Below, one piece after another: positions 1 to 7,897 of a stretch of 64,000 nt of DNA. Both the position numbers and the translations under genes were made by a program. This stretch comes from Candidatus Nomurabacteria bacterium RIFCSPHIGHO2_12_FULL_42_19 (lineage in GTDB: Bacteria; Patescibacteriota; Minisyncoccia; Phycocordibacterales; UBA9973). Numbering within the stretch: the first letter of the stretch is position 1; every line of letters begins with the position of its first letter. The DNA lies in assembly GCA_001786955.1 (NCBI GenBank), contig MFUM01000009.1, positions 552 through 64,551 of the forward strand, given 5' to 3'. The notes beneath the pieces are model-generated. The model was not told where the DNA came from. It did not search any database and saw only the letters and a list, made by a program, of their open reading frames with translations.

Positions 1-66
1 TTGGTTAAAAGCGCAGAAGCAAAAATTATTACGCAAAAAAGAATTACTCTGGATCTGAAGAGAAAA

Positions 67-423
67 CTATATTTCATTGTTAGCAAGCTTAAGGCTGCCA
101 AGAGACTTGCGGACCGCAAAAGTTGCCTTAGTTTCTTTGAATCCCATAGAGGACGAGAGAGCCAGATCAATGCTATCAAGAGAAGACAAATAAGAAAGTT
201 CCAGATTTCCGACTTCGGCGGAAAGGGCAAGCACCTCTTTTTCCAAAGCCTTTCTCTGGATAATATCAAAAACCATATTTCCCAAAATAAAAACATATAA
301 AAGAGCCAGCCCGCCCAAAATGGAAAACATCGCATTCAATATGATTTTTTGAACTTCAATATTATTATTCGTAATATCTACATTCCGGATACGTGTTTTT
401 AGTTGTAAAGTCATGTGTCTCAT
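67..423 (-). CDS. FtsL-like cell division membrane protein (single TM plus coiled coil), downstream of rsmH
   Basis: 118 aa with a hydrophobic segment ILNAMFSILGGLALLYVFILGNMVF followed by a heptad-like region. Its start overlaps the rsmH stop by 4 nt (ATGA), which matches the canonical mraZ-rsmH-ftsL order. Confidence 0.45.
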   Translation of the reverse strand: MRHMTLQLKTRIRNVDITNNNIEVQKIILNAMFSILGGLALLYVFILGNMVFDIIQRKALEKEVLALSAEVGNLELSYLSSLDSIDLALSSSMGFKETKATFAVRKSLGSLKLANNEI

Positions 424-1331
424 ATTTTTTCCAAAATTCTTAATTTAGCACTACGGGCTCTTGGGTTATTTTTTAATTCTTCTTCGCTAACCAAAACCGG
501 TTTCTTGTTTATTAAAAATGCTTCTCCCCCGTCTTTTTTCTCTCTAAAAAACTTTTTCACTATCCGGTCTTCCAGGCTGTGAAAGCTTATCACCGACATC
601 CTCCCGCCCGTTTTCAATGCATCAAATCCCTTTTCAAGTCCTGTTTTTAAAACTCCCAGTTCGTCATTGACCGCTATTCGTAATGCCTGAAATGTTCTGG
701 TGGCAAAATGGATTCTTCCTCTGCGGTATCCAGCCGGCACTGCTTCTCTTATTATCTGCACTAAATCAAAAGTGCTTTTGATTTTTCTCTTGTGCCTCGC
801 GTCCACTATTCCTTTGGCTATTCTGCGGCTGTATCGCTCCTCGCCGTAGCCATAAATAATGTCTGCCAGATTTTCTTCTCCCCAGGTGTTCACGACATCA
901 TCGGCCGTGACAAAATATTCGGATGGATTCCCGCCTGCGCCGAGGCTTCGGCGGGCAGGTTCTTTCATCGTCATGAGCAAGGGCTCATCTTTCATAAAAG
1001 AAAATCCTCGTCCGGAATTCTCCAATTGGTCGGAGCTCAAACCTAAGTCAAAAATAATCCCGTCCACACTATCCATTTTTATATCCAAATCACGAAAATT
1101 TTTGTTTATAAAAACGATATCGCAACCCTTGAACTTATCCTTGGCTTTTTCAAAAACACTTTTGTCCTGGTCGAGGGCAATAATTTTTACGCTTGGACAT
1201 CTTTTACAAATCTCCAGACTGTGCCCTCCTCCGCCAAAAGTGGCATCTACTATCACAAGATTCTCATTCCCCGCCTTCTGCGGGGCAAGTAGGCCGTCTA
1301 TTGTTTCATTTAAAAGAACTGTTTTATGCAT
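420..1331 (-). CDS. rsmH: 16S rRNA (cytosine1402-N4)-methyltransferase RsmH (MraW)
   Basis: 303 aa with the N-terminal motif ETIDGL...VDATFGGGGHS that is typical of MraW SAM-dependent methyltransferases. It is followed by mraZ on the same strand. Confidence 0.9.
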   Translation of the reverse strand: MHKTVLLNETIDGLLAPQKAGNENLVIVDATFGGGGHSLEICKRCPSVKIIALDQDKSVFEKAKDKFKGCDIVFINKNFRDLDIKMDSVDGIIFDLGLSSDQLENSGRGFSFMKDEPLLMTMKEPARRSLGAGGNPSEYFVTADDVVNTWGEENLADIIYGYGEERYSRRIAKGIVDARHKRKIKSTFDLVQIIREAVPAGYRRGRIHFATRTFQALRIAVNDELGVLKTGLEKGFDALKTGGRMSVISFHSLEDRIVKKFFREKKDGGEAFLINKKPVLVSEEELKNNPRARSAKLRILEKI

Positions 1332-1761
1332 TTCCCAGTTTCTCCGCCAACTGTTCCGCTTCTTTGGCCACTTTTTCTTTTTGCTGCGACCATGCTTTTT
1401 CGTTCCAAACTTCCACTCTGTCTTTAACTCCGATAATTGCCGCTTTGTCCCGGAGCCGGATGCCTTCCTGTAGAAACTCCGGTATTAGCATTCTCCCGAT
1501 TGAATCAATCTCCACTTCGGCCGCTCGCCCGAACATATATCTGTTAAAATTTCTTTGGTCAGCCTTGAGAAAGGAAAGATCGGAATCCGAATCAGAAAGT
1601 TTTTTGCTTACCTTCGCCCATTCGGCAGTTGTAAAAATAAACAAACATTGACCCAGGCCCGGCGTAATAATAATTTTCTTGCCCATCTCTTTGCGGAATT
1701 TTACCGGCAAGGAAACTCTGTTCTTTTCGTCTATCGTATGTATGTATTCGCCGATTAACAT
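1324..1761 (-). CDS. mraZ: Transcriptional regulator MraZ
   Basis: 145 aa with duplicated MraZ halves (HTIDEKNRVSLPVKFR ... GRMLIPEFL). It overlaps the rsmH start by 8 nt. Confidence 0.9.
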   Translation of the reverse strand: MLIGEYIHTIDEKNRVSLPVKFRKEMGKKIIITPGLGQCLFIFTTAEWAKVSKKLSDSDSDLSFLKADQRNFNRYMFGRAAEVEIDSIGRMLIPEFLQEGIRLRDKAAIIGVKDRVEVWNEKAWSQQKEKVAKEAEQLAEKLGNA

Positions 1762-1996
1762 AAAATTATTTCGCCTGCCCCGTACTCAAAAATTTATGCA
1801 TTCGATTGATTTTTGTAGTATTGGGGTTATTAACACTTTTCCCACCTTTTCCCACTTGATTAACATTATAAACCCCGCCTAAAAATAACACCAAGCCCCA
1901 CCTGTGGATAACTTTAACTTTAACTTTTGTTTTGAATATCACGAAAAATTAGGCAAAAAGGCCTTAAGGTTGTAATCTATTTTTGGAGGCAACCAT

Positions 1997-2236
1997 ATGC
2001 TGATTCGTGTATTGAAGGCCCCCGCAGAGGTACGCTCTGCGGAGGCGGCTTTCTTTAGCCGCCTGGGGATTGCAGTGTCATTCTTGGACATGACAAACTT
2101 TCCCTGGGTTATTGGGGTCAGTGAGTGGTCGGATGACCATATCCAGTTACTCGCCAAATTCGGGGTCGTCGTCGAAGTGGTGGAAACAAGGCTAAGGCCA
2201 AGACCCTGGTTGGCGGGTGTGGATTACGTCGAGTAG
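1997..2236 (+). CDS. Hypothetical protein on a GC-rich islet (about 58 percent GC against about 40 percent around it)
   Basis: 79-aa ORF with a GGAGG Shine-Dalgarno 7 nt upstream of the ATG. An 11-bp GC stem (ccccgccgtgt / acacggcgggg) follows at 2250-2279. The composition is clearly atypical for the window. Confidence 0.3.
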   Translation: MLIRVLKAPAEVRSAEAAFFSRLGIAVSFLDMTNFPWVIGVSEWSDDHIQLLAKFGVVVEVVETRLRPRPWLAGVDYVE

Positions 2237-2384
2237 GCGATTCCCTGCCTGCCCCGCCGTGTGACATTTGACACGGCGGGGCGAAGAAAGTAGTTCTTTT
2301 ATTAAAATAAGTAATCATTAAAAGCGCTCCGACGACCTCTGGTTCTCGGAGTGTTGTTATTTTTTATAGACAAAAAATAGCGAT

Positions 2385-2573
2385 ATGGTGTATACTATTT
2401 ATATGGAAAGCTCATCAATGAATTCAGAAAAATCACGTTGCCAGAGTTGTGGACGCCAAGAAATAAACAAGGACGGCCGTTGTATATGCGGACATTTACA
2501 GTGGCCCGGTAAACCATTTAGAGTAATTACCATTCCTCCGAATCCCGAAAAACCAAAAGAAGATCTAAAATAA
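2385..2573 (+). CDS. Small zinc-ribbon protein (CxxC...CxC)
   Basis: 62 aa (or 56 aa from the Met at 2403) carrying CQSCG and CICGH. A TATACT -10-like hexamer lies upstream and a strong terminator directly downstream. Confidence 0.35.
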   Translation: MVYTIYMESSSMNSEKSRCQSCGRQEINKDGRCICGHLQWPGKPFRVITIPPNPEKPKEDLK

Positions 2574-2596
2574 AAAATCCCTTCAGGGGATTTTTT
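2574..2596. terminator. Bidirectional rho-independent terminator between the zinc-ribbon ORF (+) and lysS (-)
   Basis: aaaatccc-ttcag-gggatttt gives an 8-bp stem with an A-run on the left and a T-run on the right. Confidence 0.7.
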
Positions 2597-2598
2597 AT

Positions 2599-4059
2599 TT
2601 ATTCCTGTTTCGGTCTCATCAGCGGAAAAAGCTGGGTCTCGCGGAGCGGTTTGTCCGCCAATATAGAAAATAATCTTTCTCCGAAACCAAAGCCGCAGGT
2701 TGGCGGCATACCGTATTCCAGCATTTCCACAAATTCATCGTCCTGCATCATCGCTTCAGTGTCCCCTTTTTCAATAAGTTTTTGCTGGGAGATAAATCTT
2801 TCTTCCTGGTCCAAAGGGTCGTTCAATTCCGAATATCCGTTACCAACTTCACTGCCCGCGATAAGAGGTTGAAATCTTTCCGTAGTGAGCGGATTATCAC
2901 GGTTTACTTTGGAAAGCGGGGCAATCAAAATAGGATGATGCACCAGAAAAGCGGGACCTGATATTTGTTTGCGGCAATATTTCCATAACGAGTCCGTCAA
3001 CCTTTCTCGATTGTCGCCGTCGTATTTTACGCCAAGTTTATCCAATTTCTTTTTCATATCTTTTTCGCTGGCAGTAAGCACGTCAATCCCGGTCATTTCT
3101 TTTGTTTTTTCGACATAGTCGATTTTCTCCCATTCATCCGAGAGATCAAAAGATTGCCCGTGGGAAGTAAATTTAGTCGTACCGAAAACCTCTTTGGCAA
3201 TTTTTATATACATCTCCCGGACCAGTTCCATTCCGTCATTATAATTCGCATAAGCCCAATAGAATTCCATATTGGTAAACTCCTGGGTATGCTCCAGGCT
3301 GGTGCCTTCATTCCTGTATGCCCGCCCGATTTCAAAAGTTTTCGGAAAACCGGCAGCCATCAGCCGCTTCTGCCACAGCTCGCCGATAGAGATGCGCAAA
3401 AAAACATCCAAGTCGTAATCGTTGTGATGGGTTTTGAACGGGGTCGCTTCGGCTCCGCCGGTCGTGGTTTCCAAAGTAGGAGTCTCTACTTCCAAAAATC
3501 CTTTCTCTTTCATGAAGTCCCGCGTAACATCCCAGAATTTTGATTTTTTTATTACCAAGTCGCGCAATTCGGGATTCATTAAAATATCCAAGTAGCGTTT
3601 CCTGTACCTTTCTTCCACATCCTGAAGCCCGTGCCATTTCTCCGGCAAGGGACGCAGGCTTTTGGAAAGCATTCTCCAGTCAGCCGCTTCCAGCGTCTTC
3701 TCTCCGCGGTTGGTTTTGAAAAAAGTTCCCTGTATTTCCACAAAGTCGCCAATATCAGCCACTTCGTTCCAAAAATCAAATTTCCCGTCTCCCAAAATGT
3801 CTTTTTTAAGCAATCCCTGAAAAGTCCCCGTGCCGTCATTTAAAGTGATAAAAACAATCGCGCCCTGCCCGCGAATAGACATTATCCGCCCCGCTATCCA
3901 TTTTATCTCTTTGCTTTTTTCCAAATCTTCAAAACTATCTATCGCTTCTTTGAGGGAAATTTCTCTTTTGGATTCAGCTGGATACGGATTCACTCCCTTA
4001 TCTTTAAGGAGTTTGAGTTTTTTTATTCTGGCGTTCCTAATTTCATCGATTGAAGACAT
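2599..4059 (-). CDS. lysS: Lysyl-tRNA synthetase, class II
   Basis: 486 aa with an N-terminal OB anticodon-binding domain and class II catalytic motifs (e.g. FEIGRAYRNEG, GFGFGERL). Confidence 0.93.
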   Translation of the reverse strand: MSSIDEIRNARIKKLKLLKDKGVNPYPAESKREISLKEAIDSFEDLEKSKEIKWIAGRIMSIRGQGAIVFITLNDGTGTFQGLLKKDILGDGKFDFWNEVADIGDFVEIQGTFFKTNRGEKTLEAADWRMLSKSLRPLPEKWHGLQDVEERYRKRYLDILMNPELRDLVIKKSKFWDVTRDFMKEKGFLEVETPTLETTTGGAEATPFKTHHNDYDLDVFLRISIGELWQKRLMAAGFPKTFEIGRAYRNEGTSLEHTQEFTNMEFYWAYANYNDGMELVREMYIKIAKEVFGTTKFTSHGQSFDLSDEWEKIDYVEKTKEMTGIDVLTASEKDMKKKLDKLGVKYDGDNRERLTDSLWKYCRKQISGPAFLVHHPILIAPLSKVNRDNPLTTERFQPLIAGSEVGNGYSELNDPLDQEERFISQQKLIEKGDTEAMMQDDEFVEMLEYGMPPTCGFGFGERLFSILADKPLRETQLFPLMRPKQE

Positions 4060-4079
4060 TTTTAAATTGTAGCATAAAA

Positions 4080-4547
4080 CTAAGATACGTTCACGATTTT
4101 ATAATTTACTACGCCATTTGGAGTTTTAAAGGAAACTTTATCGCCTTTCTTTTTGCCGAACAATGCCTCGCCAAACGGGGACCGGTTGGAAATTTTTCCT
4201 TTTATCATATCCGCTTCCTCAGAGCCTACTATAACATAATTTTTCTCTTCTTTAGTGCCTTCTTTTTGGACGATTACTTTGGAGCCGATTTCAATCACAT
4301 CTCCCCCGCCTCCTTGGACGGTTTCTGAAGACCGTAAAATTTGCTCTATTTTGACAATGCGCGCTTCCAGCTTACCCTGGTCTTCGCGGGTTTGGTGGTA
4401 TTCCGCGTTTTCCGACAAGTCGCCCAAAGATTTGGCGTATTCCAAGGCTTCTAAAATTTCTTTTCTCTTCGGCCCCTTCAGGTCTCTGAGCTCGGCTTCC
4501 AGCATTTTTCTTTTTTCTTCAGTTATATAATCTCCCGCCTGGTTCAT
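4080..4547 (-). CDS. greA: Transcription elongation factor GreA
   Basis: 155 aa with an N-terminal coiled coil (ELRDLKG ... ENAEYHQTREDQGKLEARI) and a C-terminal FKBP-like domain. Confidence 0.9.
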   Translation of the reverse strand: MNQAGDYITEEKRKMLEAELRDLKGPKRKEILEALEYAKSLGDLSENAEYHQTREDQGKLEARIVKIEQILRSSETVQGGGGDVIEIGSKVIVQKEGTKEEKNYVIVGSEEADMIKGKISNRSPFGEALFGKKKGDKVSFKTPNGVVNYKIVNVS

Positions 4548-4602
4548 ATACGCATATTATATTTTTTTACGAAAAAGTCAATGAAAAAAATTACAGAAAC
4601 TT

Positions 4603-4673
4603 GCCCACACACTTATATTTTGATAATTTTAAAAAACACACTTTAAGCGCAATTAAAATATAAGTGTGTGGGC
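4603..4673. repeat. 19-bp perfect inverted repeat in the greA/rpsU divergent region
   Basis: gcccacacacttatatttt (4603-4621) and aaaatataagtgtgtgggc (4655-4673) with a 33-nt spacer. A related 11-bp version (acacttatttt / aaaataagtgt) sits at 47038-47079 upstream of ychF. Confidence 0.6.
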
Positions 4674-4707
4674 TTGCTAAAAAAAATTTTTATGATAATA
4701 TCATGGG

Positions 4708-4935
4708 ATGGCAAGAACGGTAATCGAGGTGAAGAAAAATCCAAATGAAAATAATTCAAGCGTTTTACGCCGTTTTTCGCGCCGGATTCAGGAATCGGGC
4801 ATTATCCGCAAAGTCAAAGGCACCCGTTATAATGTTCGGAAAGAATCAAAGCTCAAAGTGAAAAAAAGCGCTTTAAAGAGAATGGGCCGGAGAAAAGAAA
4901 TAGAAAAACTCCGTAAGCTCGGCAAGATGAAGTAA
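4708..4935 (+). CDS. rpsU: 30S ribosomal protein S21
   Basis: 75 aa, highly basic, with the motif LRRFSRRIQESGI...KRMGRRK typical of bS21. Confidence 0.8.
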   Translation: MARTVIEVKKNPNENNSSVLRRFSRRIQESGIIRKVKGTRYNVRKESKLKVKKSALKRMGRRKEIEKLRKLGKMK

Positions 4936-4937
4936 AC

Positions 4938-5345
4938 ATGGAGGATAATTTTTCAATAATGAAAAACAACATTTTGGGGAAAAAATATTCCCTGTCAATC
5001 GCCTACGTCAGCGAAAAAACATCTAGAGAAATAAATAAGGAATATAAAAATAAAAACAAGCCCGCGAATATTTTGTCTTTTCCGCTCCGTAAAAATAAGG
5101 GCGAAATTGTGCTTTGCCCGACAGTCATAAAGCGGGAGGCTAAAAGTTTTGGAAAAACTTTTAGCCGGTATTTGGGCTTTTTAGTTATCCACGGAATGCT
5201 TCATTTGAAAGGAATGGAACATAGTAGTAGAATGGAAGAAGCGGAGAAAAAATATGATCAGAAATATTTCTGTCGGGATAGACGTAGGGTCGTCCATGAC
5301 GCGGGTCGTGGTCGGGGAGTTTTTAAAGGGAGAAAAAAATCCTAA
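4938..5345 (+). CDS. ybeY: Endoribonuclease YbeY (rRNA maturation factor)
   Basis: Zinc-binding motif HGMLHLKGMEH (HxxxHxxxxxH). The ORF runs about 92 nt into ftsA, and the tail of the reading frame is Arg-rich and probably not conserved. Confidence 0.75.
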   Translation: MEDNFSIMKNNILGKKYSLSIAYVSEKTSREINKEYKNKNKPANILSFPLRKNKGEIVLCPTVIKREAKSFGKTFSRYLGFLVIHGMLHLKGMEHSSRMEEAEKKYDQKYFCRDRRRVVHDAGRGRGVFKGRKKS

Positions 5346-6417
5346 GATTATCGGCGTGGGCGAAAATGCCACTCTCGGTGTCAGGCATGGTTATGTTGTA
5401 AATTCGGCTCTGGCCGCCGTTTCGGTAAAAAATGCCGTCGCTATGGCGGAAAAATTTTCGGGTGTGAAAATAAAGCGCGCTTTTGTTTCGCTGAGCGGCA
5501 CGACTTTGCGTGGAGAAATGAGTTCAGGTTCGACGATTATTTCCAAAGCCGACGGCGAGGTAACCAGCCTGGACGCCAATAAGGCGCTGCAGGATTGTGA
5601 AGACAATTTGAGCCTGGGCAATAAAAAAATCGTTCATATGTATCCCATCGCTTTCCGGCTTGACGGTAAAGAGGTATTGGGCCGGCTGGAAGGCATGCGC
5701 GGAACCAAGCTTGAGGCTAAAGCTCTTTTTGTCACATATTCTATCCAGCATCTGGAAGACCTGCTCGGGGCTATCGCGGAAGCCGGAGTGGAAACGATAG
5801 ACGTGGTTGCGGCGCCGATAGCCATTAATAATATCGCCCTGTCGGAAAAACAAAAAATAGTCGGAGTGGCGCTGGTTGACATCGGAGACCAAACGACTTC
5901 CCTTTCTGTTTTTGAAAACGGATTATTGGTATCAATCTACACTTTCTCCATCGGCTCTTCGGAAATTACCAACGACATTGCCCTTGGTTTTAAAATTTCA
6001 TTAGAAAAAGCGGAAAGCTTAAAACTTGGAAACATCGAGGAAGAATTTTCAAAGAAAAAACTTGACGAAATTATTGAAGCGCGCCTTTGCGACATTTTTG
6101 AATCAATAGAAAACAATTTAAAAAAAATAAAGAGGTCGGAGCTCTTGCCGGCCGGCATAGTTTTCGTGGGCGGCGGTTCAAACATTCCCGGTCTGGCGGA
6201 ATTGTCAAAATCCATCCTGAAACTCCCTTCCAGCCTGGGATCTACGGAAATTTTTGGCAACGCCAAAACCAAACTTCGCGATTCGTCGTGGTTTACGGCT
6301 TTGGGACTCTTGACTTCAGGCAAAGACAACGGAAGCTACTCGGGAAGCTCGCTCAAAAACTTTTTTAAGGACCTAAAAAACACAATGAAATCAAGCATGA
6401 AACAGCTAATGCCGTAG
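5254..6417 (+). CDS. ftsA: Cell division protein FtsA
   Basis: 387 aa with the actin-like N-terminus ISVGIDVGSSMTRVVVGE. It lies directly upstream of ftsZ. Confidence 0.9.
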   Translation: MIRNISVGIDVGSSMTRVVVGEFLKGEKNPKIIGVGENATLGVRHGYVVNSALAAVSVKNAVAMAEKFSGVKIKRAFVSLSGTTLRGEMSSGSTIISKADGEVTSLDANKALQDCEDNLSLGNKKIVHMYPIAFRLDGKEVLGRLEGMRGTKLEAKALFVTYSIQHLEDLLGAIAEAGVETIDVVAAPIAINNIALSEKQKIVGVALVDIGDQTTSLSVFENGLLVSIYTFSIGSSEITNDIALGFKISLEKAESLKLGNIEEEFSKKKLDEIIEARLCDIFESIENNLKKIKRSELLPAGIVFVGGGSNIPGLAELSKSILKLPSSLGSTEIFGNAKTKLRDSSWFTALGLLTSGKDNGSYSGSSLKNFFKDLKNTMKSSMKQLMP

Positions 6418-6471
6418 CGGATATAATTTTTAATTTGTAATTTGCAATTTTCAAAAAAGTAAAAAGCCTGT

Positions 6472-6512
6472 CCCGTACCAAACTTGTTTTGGTTCGGGAT
6501 TTGCTTTTTTTT
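6472..6512 (+). terminator. Putative attenuator/terminator hairpin between ftsA and ftsZ
   Basis: 11-bp stem with one mismatch (cccgtaccaaa / tttggttcggg) followed by atttgc and then eight T. Confidence 0.45.
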
Positions 6513-6526
6513 GCCCTGGTGGTAGT

Positions 6527-7765
6527 ATGTCTCCATATAAGTTAAGCGATTTTTTATTAAAAATAAGCACTAAAATCATGCCAAAAATCAACCAGGAAAT
6601 AGAGAGTTTTGCCCGCATTATGGTCGTTGGAATCGGAGGCTCGGGAAAGAATACTATCAATCACATGATAAATTCCAAAGTCAAAGGAGTCTCTTTCATC
6701 TGCATGAATACCGACACGCAGGACCTGCACCACTCTCTGGCGGAGAAAAAAATCCACATCGGAAAAAATCTGACCAAAGGTCTGGGTTCGGGAATGGATC
6801 CGGAAATCGGCAAGAAGGCGGCTGAAGAAACAAAATCTGAAATCCAGGATGTCATCAAGGGAGGTGATATGATTTTTATTGCCTGCGGAATGGGCGGAGG
6901 CACCGGCACGGGCGCCGCTCCGATTGTCGCCCGCGCAGCCAAAGAACAAGGCATCCTGACAGTAGCGGTTACGACCAAGCCTTTTTTCTTTGAAGGCAGC
7001 CACCGGATGAAAATAGCGGAAAAAGGGATTGAAGATTTGGCCAAAGAGGTAGATGCCATAATCATCATTCCGAATGATAAATTGCTCCAATTGGCCGACA
7101 AAAACACTAATTTTAAAGATGCTTTTGCCAGATGTGACGATGTCCTGCGCCAGGCAGTAGAAGGCATTTCCGACCTGATTACCACTCCGGGTGTTATTAA
7201 TGTGGACTTTGCAGACATTAAAGCGATTATGGCAAATGCCGGCTCGGCTCTTATGGGCATCGGCAGTGCTTCAGGCGAAAAACGAGCCGAAAAGGCGGCT
7301 CTGGCAGCCATCAACTCGCCATTGCTTGAGGTTTCCATTCACGGCGCCAAGGGAGTACTTTTCGCTATTTCCGGCGGAGATGATCTGACAATTCACGAAA
7401 TTCAAGAAGCGGCAAAAATAATCACCGAGTCGATTGACAAAGACGCCAAGGTAATCTTTGGGACGATTCGCGACGAAAAATTAAAAAAAGGTGAAATAAA
7501 AGTTACCGTCATTGCTACCAGTTTCCCTGCCGACACGCCCCGCAAGAGCCTTTTTGGCGGAACCGGCGTGGGTCAGACGCTTCTCAAAGACGAGAACCCA
7601 GCGGTGGCTAAAAAAGAAATACACAATAGCATCCAGAGCGGAAACATCGGCAGCAGCGATTTCATTAAAAAAGGAGACAAGAAAGATGCCAAGGAAGAAA
7701 TCATAGAAGATGACGGCGACGACTGGAGCGCTGTTCCGGCATTTTTGAGGAGAAATAAAAAATAA
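6527..7765 (+). CDS. ftsZ: Cell division GTPase FtsZ
   Basis: Tubulin signature GGGTGTG and MVVGIGGSGKNTIN, with an acidic C-terminal tail. The true start may be the Met at MPKINQ. Confidence 0.93.
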   Translation: MSPYKLSDFLLKISTKIMPKINQEIESFARIMVVGIGGSGKNTINHMINSKVKGVSFICMNTDTQDLHHSLAEKKIHIGKNLTKGLGSGMDPEIGKKAAEETKSEIQDVIKGGDMIFIACGMGGGTGTGAAPIVARAAKEQGILTVAVTTKPFFFEGSHRMKIAEKGIEDLAKEVDAIIIIPNDKLLQLADKNTNFKDAFARCDDVLRQAVEGISDLITTPGVINVDFADIKAIMANAGSALMGIGSASGEKRAEKAALAAINSPLLEVSIHGAKGVLFAISGGDDLTIHEIQEAAKIITESIDKDAKVIFGTIRDEKLKKGEIKVTVIATSFPADTPRKSLFGGTGVGQTLLKDENPAVAKKEIHNSIQSGNIGSSDFIKKGDKKDAKEEIIEDDGDDWSAVPAFLRRNKK

Positions 7766-7787
7766 TTTTTTAAAATAAACTTTTGCA

Positions 7788-7851
7788 GGGGTTTTGAGGC
7801 TGTCGAGCCGAAAACTTCAGGATTTTTTAAGCTTTAAAAAATCCGTACCGG
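7788..7851 (+). repeat. Copy 1 of a roughly 64-nt conserved structured element, with A/T-rich inverted-repeat flanks at 7768-7784 and 7852-7871
   Basis: GGGGTTTTGAG-ggctgtcgagcc-GAAAACTTCAGGATTTTTTAAgctttAAAAAATCCGTACCGG. It is near-identical to 59556-59619 except for compensatory changes in the inner hairpin (ggct/agcc versus gcgc/gcgc). Confidence 0.7.
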
Positions 7852-7897
7852 AAAAAGTTAATTTTTAAAAATTTAACAAGTAGTGTAGAATATAAAG

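Noticed and set aside
1-300. 99-aa plus-strand ORF at the window start
   Set aside because: It is antisense to the better-supported ftsL-like gene (67-423, minus), which completes the mraZ-rsmH-ftsL operon with a 4-nt start/stop overlap. Its product is Lys/Arg-rich low-complexity sequence, as is typical of antisense frames.
6557-7338. 177-aa and 225-aa minus-strand ORFs
   Set aside because: They are antisense frames inside ftsZ. The Ala/Gly-rich products reflect the GC-rich third positions of ftsZ.
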